The notes beneath the pieces are model-generated. The model searched no databases. It was given only the letters and a program-made list of their open reading frames with translations, and was not told the origin of the DNA. This document shows, piece after piece, positions 39,815-49,352 of a stretch of 64,000 nucleotides of DNA (the first letter of the stretch is position 1; each line of letters starts with the position of its first letter). The DNA lies in contig JALVYU010000031.1 in the NCBI GenBank assembly GCA_027022365.1, forward strand, positions 256,001 through 320,000, read 5' to 3'. The stretch comes from Desulfurococcales archaeon (GTDB lineage Archaea; Thermoproteota; Thermoprotei_A; Sulfolobales; Desulfurococcaceae). Position numbers and translations under genes: made by a program.

Positions 39815-40703
39815 CCTCTACATAGTGTTCCTGCTGGTCTTCCTGCTCATACCGCCGCTCTATGACGGTATTGAGAGGAAGATACGTGCTAAGCTACACA
39901 GCCGTATAGGTCCTCCAACCCTGCTCCAGACTTGGTACGATATACTTAAACTGTTCAAGAAAGAACTAGTGATAACCGATACTGGTTTGGCCTCGGTGCT
40001 CTTATCAGGCCTCCTAATAGCGACAGTTATAATCACAGCATCCACTCTCCCGCTAGGCTTCAGCACGCCTATAACCAGCAGTGGATCCAGCCTTGTCCTA
40101 TTCACAGTACTCTTGATCGGGTGTCAGCTCCTATGGGTCAGTCTGACCCTAACGCCCGGTAATCCATATGCTACTATAGGTGTTTTCAGGGAAGCCTTGA
40201 TCGGTATGATCAATGAGTTCTTCCTTGTGATGGGCCTCGTGGCCTTGATGTTCTATACCGGTTCGCCAAGCTTTGATGGGATGATATGGGCGAGGCCTAG
40301 TTTAACATACTTGCTTATCTTTATCCTCTTAGCTGTATCAGCCTTTATCGGGTCAGGCAGAATACCGTATGACATCGCTGAGGCTGAGCCGGAGCTCGCT
40401 AGCGGCGTTCTCATAGAGTTCTCTGGCCCCCTCCTAGGTATAACCTTGTATAGCCATTACCTGAAGCGGGCTATACTCTACGGGTTATTGGCTGACATGA
40501 TATTATTGCCTCTAACAAGGATCATCGGGGTAGCGGTGTCCGCATTAATTTATCCAGTCATGGTTCTCGCAATATGGATAGTGTTCGCCGTGATAAGCGT
40601 TATGCTTGGCAGGACACGTGTCGATATAGCCCCCAGATCCATGCTTAAGATCTATATTCCATTAACGATCGCCATGCTAATCGCATGGCTAGCAGGAGTG
40701 TGA
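39798..40703 (+). CDS. Hydrogenase membrane anchor (HyfC/HycD/NuoH type)
   Basis: GIERKIRAKLHSRIGPP, YDILKL, RIPYDIAEAEPEL..G..EFSG. Confidence 0.92.
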   Translation: MWLAISLYIVFLLVFLLIPPLYDGIERKIRAKLHSRIGPPTLLQTWYDILKLFKKELVITDTGLASVLLSGLLIATVIITASTLPLGFSTPITSSGSSLVLFTVLLIGCQLLWVSLTLTPGNPYATIGVFREALIGMINEFFLVMGLVALMFYTGSPSFDGMIWARPSLTYLLIFILLAVSAFIGSGRIPYDIAEAEPELASGVLIEFSGPLLGITLYSHYLKRAILYGLLADMILLPLTRIIGVAVSALIYPVMVLAIWIVFAVISVMLGRTRVDIAPRSMLKIYIPLTIAMLIAWLAGV

Positions 40704-40708
40704 TCATT

Positions 40709-42358
40709 ATGAGCGTCGAAGAAATACTGGATATAATTAGAGAGAAGCTCGGAGGCATAGCCGAGGACATAAGGTACGTGGAGTCAGCAGGAATAATAGT
40801 GCGCGTGAAGCCAGTCAATTTGCGCGAGGCCTCACATATAGTACATGATGTATTGGATGCCTACTTCAGGACGATGATGGCTGTTGATGAGCGCCCGATA
40901 AACAATACTTTTGCCGCATACTATGTGTATGGCCTAGACGATAAAGGCATAAACATCATCATAGAGACACATGCAGATCCATACACGCCTGTGCTCCCAA
41001 GCATAGCGGACATTGTGCCCGCCGCAGACTGGTATGAGCTAGAAGCATGGGATCTCCTCGGTATAAGGTTCAAGGACAGGAAGCTCTATAGATTCGTTCT
41101 ACCGGACGACTGGCCCGAAGGCCTATATCCTCTGAGGAAGGATGTCGACTACACTGCGCGTCCAAGCCCGAGGATAACCTATAAGCCACCCCTCCAGGGC
41201 CCGAGGCTACCGGTTGGCCCGTATCACCCAGCGCTCCACGAGCCCGAGTACTTCGAGCTATTCGTTGAGGGGGAAAGAGTAGTAGATGTGGAGTACAACG
41301 GCTTCCACGTACACCGCGGCATCGAGAAGCTGGCTGAGAGCCCGAGGTTCACATACCAGAAGGTCCCGTTCCTAGCTGAGCGTATATGTGGTATATGCGG
41401 CTTCGTCCACAGCGTAGCCTATACGCTGAGCGTTGAAAACGCTGCAAAAATAGAGGTTCCGGAGCGGGCGCAGTATATCCGCAGTATCGTCCTCGAGGTG
41501 GAGAGGCTTCACAGCCACCTGCTCTGGCTTGGAGTAGCCTGCCACCTCTTAGGCTACGACGCGGGCTTCATGCATTCTTGGAGGATCCGTGAGAAAGTAA
41601 TGGTACTAGCCGAGCTCCTCACAGGCAGCAGGAAGACCTATGGCATAAACCTTGTGGGCGGCGTGAGGAAGGATATCAACATGGACAAGATAACTGCAAT
41701 AAGGAACACGCTCGCATGGCTCCGCAGCGAGTTCGCTAAGCTAGCAGACCTGGTGACGAGCGTCCCCCAGATAGTTAGGAGGGCTAGGGGTACAGGAGTA
41801 CTGCCCAGAGATGAGGCGAGGAAGCTGAGCGTAGTCGGGCCTGTTGCAAGGGCTTCCGGGCTGGACAGGGATGTCAGGCGTGACTACCCGTACTGCGCTT
41901 ACAAGGACGTGTCATTCAGGGTGCCGGTCTATACTGAGGGCGATAACCTCGCGAGATTAATGGTCAGGGTTGAAGAAATCTTTGAGTCCATGGACATAAT
42001 AGATCAGCTACTAGACAAGCTGCCGGGTGGATCGATAATGGCTGAGAAGATAGAGGTGCCGGAGGGACTCATAGGCATTGGCAACGTGGAGGCGCCTCGT
42101 GGAGAAGACATACATGTCGTAATAACCGGGCGGGGCAGACCATATCGTTGGAGGGTCCGCGCACCAACATATCAGAACATCCCGGCCCTTAAGGTCATGC
42201 TACGGGACACGCCCCTAGCGGATGCGCCTCTGACGATCGCCAGCATAGATCCTTGTTTCTCGTGCACTGATAGAATAGTAGTGATCGATCTAAAGACGGG
42301 CAAGAAGGAGAAGCTACAAACAGTATCAATACCTGGTGGATGCGGGTGTGAGATATGA
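40709..42358 (+). CDS. Group-4 [NiFe]-hydrogenase large subunit (HycE type, NuoC+D fused)
   Basis: YPLRKD, GPYHPALHEP, HRGIEKL, L1 ERICGICGFVH, L2 DPCFSCTDR plus a C-terminal extension. Confidence 0.95.
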   Translation: MSVEEILDIIREKLGGIAEDIRYVESAGIIVRVKPVNLREASHIVHDVLDAYFRTMMAVDERPINNTFAAYYVYGLDDKGINIIIETHADPYTPVLPSIADIVPAADWYELEAWDLLGIRFKDRKLYRFVLPDDWPEGLYPLRKDVDYTARPSPRITYKPPLQGPRLPVGPYHPALHEPEYFELFVEGERVVDVEYNGFHVHRGIEKLAESPRFTYQKVPFLAERICGICGFVHSVAYTLSVENAAKIEVPERAQYIRSIVLEVERLHSHLLWLGVACHLLGYDAGFMHSWRIREKVMVLAELLTGSRKTYGINLVGGVRKDINMDKITAIRNTLAWLRSEFAKLADLVTSVPQIVRRARGTGVLPRDEARKLSVVGPVARASGLDRDVRRDYPYCAYKDVSFRVPVYTEGDNLARLMVRVEEIFESMDIIDQLLDKLPGGSIMAEKIEVPEGLIGIGNVEAPRGEDIHVVITGRGRPYRWRVRAPTYQNIPALKVMLRDTPLADAPLTIASIDPCFSCTDRIVVIDLKTGKKEKLQTVSIPGGCGCEI

Positions 42359-42894
42359 GTCTCAAGAAGCTCCTCAAACCCTTCAAGCTGATCAGCATTG
42401 CGCGCAGGAGCGGAGTGGTCACCGTACTCTATCCCTACCAGAAGTCATTGATAACCACCGAGTTCCGTGGGAAGATAAGCATCGACGCCACAAAGTGTAT
42501 GGGCTGTGGCGCATGCGTAAATGCCTGTCCACCGAACGCACTAACTCTATCACGAAGAGATGACACAATCATACTAAACTATTTCATAGGAAGATGTATT
42601 TTCTGCGGACGCTGTGCAGAGGTATGTCCCGTCGGAGCAATAACGGTTACACACGAATTCGAGCTGGCATCAACAAGTACTAGGGATCTGAACGAGAGCC
42701 TCGTTCACCGTATTGAGAGGTGCAGTGGTTGCGGCGGAGGACTAGGGGCTACGAGCAGGATGCTACAATACGTGATCCTGCATAGCCCGGCCTCCGAGAA
42801 CTACGTACACCTATGTCCCGACTGCAGGAAGAAGAAGCTCATACAATCCCTGGCAATGAAGATGGGTGCGAGGACTGAAGACTATGAGGGTTGA
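42355..42894 (+). CDS. Hydrogenase Fe-S subunit (HycF/NuoI type)
   Basis: YP...FRGK, CMGCGACVNACP, CIFCGRCAEVCP, extra CSGC...CPDC. Confidence 0.92.
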   Translation: MSLKKLLKPFKLISIARRSGVVTVLYPYQKSLITTEFRGKISIDATKCMGCGACVNACPPNALTLSRRDDTIILNYFIGRCIFCGRCAEVCPVGAITVTHEFELASTSTRDLNESLVHRIERCSGCGGGLGATSRMLQYVILHSPASENYVHLCPDCRKKKLIQSLAMKMGARTEDYEG

Positions 42895-43357
42895 CCCGCT
42901 CAAGAAGAGCATATGGGTTTTCCACCTGAACACTGGTAGCTGTAACGCCTGCGACATAGAAATACTCGATGCACTAACACCATATTTTGACGTTGAGAGG
43001 TTCGGGATAAAGCTCGTCGCCTCCCCACGGCACGCGGACCTAGTACTCCTTACTGGGCCGATAACTAGGAAGACTCTCCCTAAAGTGATCAATGCTCTGC
43101 GCGCTGTTCCCCGTCCACGCTATGTCTTAGCCATAGGGGCGTGTGCCGTAGGCGGGGGAATATGGTATGATACCTACAGCGTGATAGGCGGTGTTGAGGA
43201 GCTGAAGAAGATACTCGAGGAGAACGGGATCGAGATAGATAGGATAGTCTATGTACCCGGATGCCCTGCCAGGCCTGAGGCGATAATATATGGTGTGGCA
43301 GTACTCCTCGGCCTCGTCGAGCAGAAAGTTCACGGGGAGGTGAAGATCGCTGAGTAA
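42884..43357 (+). CDS. Group-4 hydrogenase small subunit (HycG/NuoB type)
   Basis: GSCNACDIE, SPRHAD, GACA..GG, PGCPARPE. Confidence 0.94.
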   Translation: MRVDPLKKSIWVFHLNTGSCNACDIEILDALTPYFDVERFGIKLVASPRHADLVLLTGPITRKTLPKVINALRAVPRPRYVLAIGACAVGGGIWYDTYSVIGGVEELKKILEENGIEIDRIVYVPGCPARPEAIIYGVAVLLGLVEQKVHGEVKIAE

Positions 43358-43610
43358 AGTCAAGATATACCTCTGCACTTACCATGACGAGAAACCAGAG
43401 CTTTCGGCAAGACATTTCATATCGTCGATAGGGCACTGCTACCACGTTGCCGATGCAGAGCTCGCGGAGCTAGGCCTCGATGAGAAAACATTAGAGAAGC
43501 TTAGGCTCCGCGGCGAGGTAAACCTCTACGAAAACAAATACTTCGAGAAAATACTGGGTCGGCCACATGAGGACCTTGAATATCTGAAGATCAGGCTCGC
43601 GGAGGGCTGA
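43350..43610 (+). CDS. Unannotated 86-aa protein with CTG start between the hydrogenase and Mrp genes
   Basis: GGAGGTGA (43336-43343) + 6 nt + CTG AGT AAA... gives MSKVKIYLCTYHDEKPELSARHFISSIGHCYHVADAELAELGLDEKTLEKLRLRGEVNLYENKYFEKILGRPHEDLEYLKIRLAEG*. It fills the operon gap exactly. Confidence 0.72.
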   Translation: MSKVKIYLCTYHDEKPELSARHFISSIGHCYHVADAELAELGLDEKTLEKLRLRGEVNLYENKYFEKILGRPHEDLEYLKIRLAEG

Positions 43611-43617
43611 AAGGATC

Positions 43618-43905
43618 GTGATATCCCTTCACGACGAGGTAACCCTGTTCATCATGATTGTGTTTCCGTTATACCTACTTGCCTTCACGCTCTACATCAT
43701 AAGAGCTGTCCGGGGACCCACTATACCTGATACTGTCCTCGCGATAGATGCGCTGAGCTTTGATATAGCGGCATTCCTAGCACTACTAGCAATAATATAC
43801 CAGTCTCCAATCCTGATCGCCTGCACGATAGTCTTGGCTCTCTGGGTCTACGCCCTCGACATCTATGTATCCAAGTACTTCACAGCCGAGGAGATGGGTG
43901 ATTAG
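43618..43905 (+). CDS. mnhF: Mrp/Mnh antiporter subunit F
   Basis: RAVRGPTIPDTVLAID; three TMs; SKYF. Confidence 0.88.
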   Translation: MISLHDEVTLFIMIVFPLYLLAFTLYIIRAVRGPTIPDTVLAIDALSFDIAAFLALLAIIYQSPILIACTIVLALWVYALDIYVSKYFTAEEMGD

Positions 43906-43907
43906 AC

Positions 43908-44288
43908 ATGTTACTCAACGCCCTGCTCATATTTATCGGTGAGGCCCTAGTAGCGATAGGGGTATTCTGCGACCTAGCCGCCAGCATAGGCATGATAAGA
44001 TTCCCGAACTTCTATACCAGGCTCCACGCGGCCACGGTAGGCACGATAGGCGGAGCGGTTGTCCCGCTGATCGGCGTAGCGCTCATGGCTCTAGGCGCAG
44101 ACTGGCTCGGCAACTACAGGTTCTTCTTGGCGGGTGCTAGTATTGTCGCAGGGATATTGATCCTCCTCCTAGCCCCCGTGGGCTCCCACGTACTTGCACA
44201 GGCCGCCCATAAGGCTGGGCTGGCTTCCCATGAACCTATTGCTTTCGATCACCTCGAGGAGGATCGTAGGAGGGGTGAGAAGGAGTGA
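43908..44288 (+). CDS. mnhG: Mrp/Mnh antiporter subunit G
   Basis: GMIRFPNFYTRLHAAT, PVGSHVLAQA. Confidence 0.92.
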   Translation: MLLNALLIFIGEALVAIGVFCDLAASIGMIRFPNFYTRLHAATVGTIGGAVVPLIGVALMALGADWLGNYRFFLAGASIVAGILILLLAPVGSHVLAQAAHKAGLASHEPIAFDHLEEDRRRGEKE

Positions 44289-44542
44289 TCGAGGTATTCA
44301 CTCTAGCCTTCCTGATGCTGGTAAGCGTGGCGAGCGTTGTAGCCGCTTATCTAGCGATACGTGAACGGGACATGGTTAAAGCCATCGTGTACTCCGCAAT
44401 ACAGAGCGCCATGTATGCCCTGATCTTCTATGTCCTTATGGCGCCCGACATAGTGCTGGTCTACATACCCGTCTCTGTAGGGATAACCCCGGCTGTACTG
44501 CTCTTTGTAACGAAGAAGACCGAGAGATATGATGGTGATTAG
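44285..44542 (+). CDS. Mrp/Mnh small subunit (DUF4040, MbhD-like)
   Basis: RDMVKAIV, MAPDIVL...VGI; three TMs. Confidence 0.82.
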   Translation: MIEVFTLAFLMLVSVASVVAAYLAIRERDMVKAIVYSAIQSAMYALIFYVLMAPDIVLVYIPVSVGITPAVLLFVTKKTERYDGD

Positions 44543-44544
44543 CT

Positions 44545-45342
44545 ATGAAGGCCAGCGAATTATTCGTGCTGGTATCGATAATAGTGTTCATATTCAGCCT
44601 GGCCTACATCACAAGCCTTGGGGGCCTGGGCCAGCTACCCCCAGTAAATGTTAGATTGCTTGCTCAACGCTACCTTGAGCTCACATGGAATCCGCTCAAA
44701 CCATTCATGAGTAGCAGCGGCTACGAGAGCGTAACGGCTATTGTATGGGATTTCCGCGGCCTAGACACTTTCTTCGAAACAGCTGTGTTCTACGGCGCGA
44801 TCATAGCCGCCATAGCGATCTATAGGGGAGTCAAGATAACCGGTAAGGGGAGAACAACCGGTATGAGCCCGATAGCAAGGACGATCACGAGGCTCAGCAT
44901 AATACTGATACCAACGGTTGCGGCCAGCATAGCGCTTCACGGACACCTTACCCCGGGCGGAGGCTTCCAAGCAGGTAGCGTCGCGACAGTAGTCGTGGTG
45001 CTTATCATTATGGTCTTCGGAAGGAAAGCCCTGATCCGGAAGGGGATGACGAAGGCCCGAATACTGCTGTTCAGGAGCCTCGGCCTCCTGGGAATAGGTT
45101 TCACCGCAGTAGCGATACTACTGGCAGGCATCATCCTAGGTCTAAACGCCTATATATTCCAGAACCAGCCAAAACCATTCGCGCCGCTCGGATTCCCCAA
45201 GCTATACGACGGCATGATACTCGGTGGAAGCCTGCTCCTCTTCAACCTCTTCGAGTTCATAGCAGTAACCGCTGGCTTCACGCTTGTACTCCTACTGCTT
45301 AGCCTTGGAGAAGAAGAAGTGAGGGGTGTGGTGGAGAAGTGA
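44545..45342 (+). CDS. mnhB: Mrp/Mnh antiporter subunit B
   Basis: VTAIVWDFRGLDTFFE, HGHLTPGGGFQAG. Confidence 0.92.
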   Translation: MKASELFVLVSIIVFIFSLAYITSLGGLGQLPPVNVRLLAQRYLELTWNPLKPFMSSSGYESVTAIVWDFRGLDTFFETAVFYGAIIAAIAIYRGVKITGKGRTTGMSPIARTITRLSIILIPTVAASIALHGHLTPGGGFQAGSVATVVVVLIIMVFGRKALIRKGMTKARILLFRSLGLLGIGFTAVAILLAGIILGLNAYIFQNQPKPFAPLGFPKLYDGMILGGSLLLFNLFEFIAVTAGFTLVLLLLSLGEEEVRGVVEK

Positions 45343-45728
45343 ACCTGTCGCTAATGACTGCCTATGTGGTCGTTATAAGCCTCTACGTGAACCTAGGCAT
45401 AGCTCTCTATGGCGTATTCGCCAGGCCGAGCCTGGTCAAGAAGCTACTGGCCATAACGATCCTCAGCGACACCGCCAACGCTTTCGCCGTACTGGTCGGC
45501 TATCGGTGGCCTGCATCGGGGACGCCTAAACCGCCCGTATATACTAACACGACGTTCAATAACCAGACACTCCACTACTATGTCAGCCACGCCGTGGATC
45601 CTCTCCCGCAAGCCCTTGTGCTTACCGCTATTGTGATAGGCTTGGCTGTCACTATGTTCATAGCCTTCATCATAATCCAGTACTATAGGCTTCACGGAAC
45701 AGTGGATGTCCGTAAAGCCCGGAGGTGA
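45339..45728 (+). CDS. mnhC: Mrp/Mnh antiporter subunit C
   Basis: DPLPQALVLTAIVIGLA. Confidence 0.93.
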   Translation: MNLSLMTAYVVVISLYVNLGIALYGVFARPSLVKKLLAITILSDTANAFAVLVGYRWPASGTPKPPVYTNTTFNNQTLHYYVSHAVDPLPQALVLTAIVIGLAVTMFIAFIIIQYYRLHGTVDVRKARR

Positions 45729-46237
45729 TCGTGGTGAACCTGAAGTCGGCGATACCCGCCATGATATTGTCGTTCATAGTATACATAGTCTACACGGGAA
45801 GCATCGACCCCTATGACCTATTAACAGGGGCAATAGTAGCAGTAATAATCGGGCTCCTTACAGGAGAGATCGTTATTAAGGATCCTGGGAAGGCCTTTGA
45901 CCCTAAGAGGCTCTACTGGCTGATCAAGTACACGATATGGTACTTCCTAGTAGCGGAGGTGAAGGCCCACGTCGACGTGATTAAGAGGGCTCTAAGCCCG
46001 AGAATCCCGCTCAACCCCGCGATCGTACGCGTCCCATATTATGTTGAGACGGACTACGCAATGACAACAATCGCGAACAGCATAACCAATACCCCGGGCA
46101 CCGTCGTCGTGGACATAGACTATGGCCGCAAAATATTCTACGTACACTGGATAGACGCTAAGACAAGCGATCCGGGGGAAGCCCGGAAGATGATCAGCCT
46201 CGATTTCGAAGAGCATGCAAGGAAGATATTCGATTAG
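45725..46237 (+). CDS. mnhE: Mrp/Mnh antiporter subunit E
   Basis: NPAIVRVP, ANSITNTPGT, YVHWID. Confidence 0.92.
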   Translation: MIVVNLKSAIPAMILSFIVYIVYTGSIDPYDLLTGAIVAVIIGLLTGEIVIKDPGKAFDPKRLYWLIKYTIWYFLVAEVKAHVDVIKRALSPRIPLNPAIVRVPYYVETDYAMTTIANSITNTPGTVVVDIDYGRKIFYVHWIDAKTSDPGEARKMISLDFEEHARKIFD

Positions 46238-46255
46238 ACCGTGAGGTGTTAGAAA

Positions 46256-47917
46256 ATGATGATCTATACACCGCTCGGAATAGTCCCCCTAATGCTCACG
46301 TTCGCGGCTTTCGCCATACCCTTACTAACACTAATTATTAAGAAGGAGTGGTTCTATCACCTGTACGCCCTGGTCTTCAGCATCATAGCCCTCTGCTATA
46401 CTGCCGAGAACTTCTGGCTAGTAGTATACGGTGTCAAGCAGCCAGTATCCTATTTGTTCGGTGGATGGATTGCGCCTCTAGGCATAGTATATACGGTCGA
46501 CGGCCTTGGCGCTGTTCTCGGCCTCCTAGTAGGCATTGACATGGTGCTAATAGTACTGTACAGCATATGGTACATGAGGGGAGAGGAGGGCATAGAATGG
46601 TATTATACCCTCCTACTCCTGCTCGAGTCGGCCATGATAGGGATCGTGTATACGGGCGACATATTCAACCTCTTCGTAATGATCGAGCTCCTAGCAATAA
46701 GCGCCTACGGCCTTGTGGGGTTTTATAGGCACAAGAAGGAAGCCATAGAGGCGGCGATAAAGTATGCATTAATAGGAGCCACAGCGACAACTATGTTCTT
46801 CCTATCAATAGTCTATATCTATGGGACTTACGGCACCGTCAACATGGCGGATCTAGCGCTTAAGGCGAGGCTACCGTGGATAACACGGTATATACCGCAG
46901 GCGGCCGCATATTTTGCTCATCTCAGCGGAACAGGCTACGGGAACCCGATAGTGGCAACAGCTATAGCAATAGCGCTAGCACTATGGGCCTTCACGTTTA
47001 AAGCAGCAGTGTTCCCCAACTATTTCTGGCTCCCGGACGCCCACCCCGAGGCCCCTACCCCGGTGTCCGCGGCTCTCTCGGGGCTAGTGGTGAAGATGGG
47101 TGCGTATGCTACTATAAGGCTTCTTTACACGATCTTCGGTGTCGGGTCACTGATAGATGCATCAGCTGCTGGCGGCTGGAGCCTCCGCGATGTAATACTC
47201 TTCATCATATTGTTACTGGGCGCTGTATCGGCAATGATAGGGAGCCTGGTAATGATCATCCAGAACGATATCAAGAGAATCCTAGCTTACTCGACAATAG
47301 ATCATCTTGGAATAATATTCATGGGAATAGGCGTAGCCATGCATAGTGTGAGTCAAGCAGTGGTAGCCATAGCCCTGACGGGAGTGGTACTCCACATGAT
47401 AAACCATAGCTTCGGCAAAACAATGCTCTTCATGGCGAGCGGAATATACATCAAGAACAGCGGTACGAGAGACATAACGAGAATGAGGGGTATTGGCAGG
47501 CTATTGCCGGTGACGAGCCTGGTCATGATAATCGGGCTGCTACACTTACTAGGAGTTCCTCCCTTCGGAGGATTCTTCAGCAAGCTCCTAATATATAATG
47601 CCCTGATAGGGGCTGGGCAAGTAGTCTTCGCGCTAATACTCATCCTATCAACGGCGATAAGCATGCTGGGATATATGAGGATAATAGTTAACTTGATCCT
47701 GCCTCCGAGGCCTCCGGAACTAATTGGGAAGGCGAGGGAGAGCATACCTGCCACGACAATACTCTGCGTATTAGCGGCTATCATAATAATCATAGGCATC
47801 TATTGCCTTACAGGAGGGATAAACACCCTACAGTCAATAATAGAGCCTTCAACAACGCTTAAGGGACTAGTTCAATACATAGATTCTACATTCTCTACAT
47901 ACATGCTTCCAAGATAA
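46256..47917 (+). CDS. mnhD: Mrp/Mnh antiporter subunit D
   Basis: GGWIAPLGI, DIFNLFVMIE, EAAIKY, WLPDAHPEAP, DIKRILAYS. Confidence 0.92.
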   Translation: MMIYTPLGIVPLMLTFAAFAIPLLTLIIKKEWFYHLYALVFSIIALCYTAENFWLVVYGVKQPVSYLFGGWIAPLGIVYTVDGLGAVLGLLVGIDMVLIVLYSIWYMRGEEGIEWYYTLLLLLESAMIGIVYTGDIFNLFVMIELLAISAYGLVGFYRHKKEAIEAAIKYALIGATATTMFFLSIVYIYGTYGTVNMADLALKARLPWITRYIPQAAAYFAHLSGTGYGNPIVATAIAIALALWAFTFKAAVFPNYFWLPDAHPEAPTPVSAALSGLVVKMGAYATIRLLYTIFGVGSLIDASAAGGWSLRDVILFIILLLGAVSAMIGSLVMIIQNDIKRILAYSTIDHLGIIFMGIGVAMHSVSQAVVAIALTGVVLHMINHSFGKTMLFMASGIYIKNSGTRDITRMRGIGRLLPVTSLVMIIGLLHLLGVPPFGGFFSKLLIYNALIGAGQVVFALILILSTAISMLGYMRIIVNLILPPRPPELIGKARESIPATTILCVLAAIIIIIGIYCLTGGINTLQSIIEPSTTLKGLVQYIDSTFSTYMLPR

Positions 47918-48056
47918 ACTGTCCTTTTAACCGGGATGATCGTTTAAACCTTGCTGGCGATAATCTGTACCCGTTGCCCTTATTTTCCGTAGCCACATAA
48001 TTTACAGTGTAATAATTAATCCCACAGGATTACCACGGATACATCCTGGTGGTAAG

Positions 48057-49352
48057 ATGGGTGAGGAACCCCGCGGTATATCTTCTCTCAAAGCTCTTGT
48101 CTACGGCGCTGGCACCCTCATGGGCGTTGGCAGCAGTATGATCGTATCATGGCTAATGTACTACTACTGCCCCCCGCCAGAGGCTGGGCTTATCGCGCTA
48201 GCACCCGTTTTCGCGATGGGAGTAGTTATATTGTTTGGAAGATTCATAGACGCTATAAGCGACCCTATTATCGGGTGGTGGAGCGACCGAACGGTAACCC
48301 GTTGGGGACGGAGAAGGCCCTTCATATTCTTCGGTTTCTTGGCGATGTTGTTCAGCCAGATATTGATCTGGATCCCCCTTGTGCACCAGGTATCATTAAT
48401 CAATGTTCTATACGCAGCGGTTATGGATGGTATATTCTGGTTCGGATATACTGCCGCTATAAATCCATACCTAGCCCTTATACCAGAGATCGCTAGAAAC
48501 CCTAATGATAGAGTTAAACTCACCACATTCCAAGCCTTCTTCAGCCAGATAAGCCTCGTGATAGGCGGTGTGATAGTACCCCTATTACTTGCGGCTATAG
48601 GATTCATTAGCACAGCAGTTGTTCTGGGGGCTATAGGATTCGCCGTGATGCTACCCCTCCTCATAGTGATTAAGGAGAAGCCGCCGGAAGATAAGAAGAT
48701 AGCTACGGGTATGGGAATCTACCGTGCTCTCCTACTAACGTTCAAGAACAGGACATTCCTCCTCTACTTGATCCCTACAGCCATACTATTCCTGAGCGCC
48801 ACGATGATCCAGATGGAGATACCCTACGCAGTCAATGTATTGGCCGGGCTCAACAAGAAGGATGTCTCGCTCTTCTACCTACCACTAATAATCACAGCGA
48901 TCATATCACTTCCTTTCTACAAGAAGCTCGCCTCGAAATATGGTAAGAAAAAACTATACCTGATGGCCATGACATGCTTCATGATACCAGCCTTCCTCAC
49001 AGCATTCATAGGAATAATACCCGTTAGCCCGCGCATAATGATCATAGGCCTCGGAGCGCTGGCAGGAGTATTCGTAGCGCCGCTCTACATTTTCCCCAAC
49101 GCGATCATAGCGGACATAACTGATATAGATGAGCAGATGACGGGATACAGGAGAGAAGCAATTTACTTCGGATCACAGGGACTGATCACAAAAACAATGG
49201 CGGGGCTAGCCGGGGTACTAACAGGGACACTAATGTGGAAACTAGGATACAGTCCAGGCAACGACCTCGGAATAAGAGCATCATTCATACTAGCAGCACT
49301 AGTACTAATAATAGCCGCACTAATATTCAGAAAGTATCCTATCGAAAAATAA
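48057..49352 (+). CDS. MFS transporter, GPH/MelB-like glycoside:cation symporter
   Basis: DAISDPIIGWWSDRT.TRWGRRRPF, PYLALIPE, ADITDIDE..TGYRREAIYFG. Confidence 0.9.
   Translation: MGEEPRGISSLKALVYGAGTLMGVGSSMIVSWLMYYYCPPPEAGLIALAPVFAMGVVILFGRFIDAISDPIIGWWSDRTVTRWGRRRPFIFFGFLAMLFSQILIWIPLVHQVSLINVLYAAVMDGIFWFGYTAAINPYLALIPEIARNPNDRVKLTTFQAFFSQISLVIGGVIVPLLLAAIGFISTAVVLGAIGFAVMLPLLIVIKEKPPEDKKIATGMGIYRALLLTFKNRTFLLYLIPTAILFLSATMIQMEIPYAVNVLAGLNKKDVSLFYLPLIITAIISLPFYKKLASKYGKKKLYLMAMTCFMIPAFLTAFIGIIPVSPRIMIIGLGALAGVFVAPLYIFPNAIIADITDIDEQMTGYRREAIYFGSQGLITKTMAGLAGVLTGTLMWKLGYSPGNDLGIRASFILAALVLIIAALIFRKYPIEK

Noticed and set aside
42290-42358. GGCGC motif in the large-subunit tail as a metal site
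   Set aside because: It lies in the presumably cleaved extension and overlaps the next gene's SD, which can explain the sequence.
36491-43357. Complex I or a non-hydrogenase Mbx/Mbs-type complex
   Set aside because: The large subunit keeps both Ni-binding CxxC motifs and a cleavable C-terminal extension.
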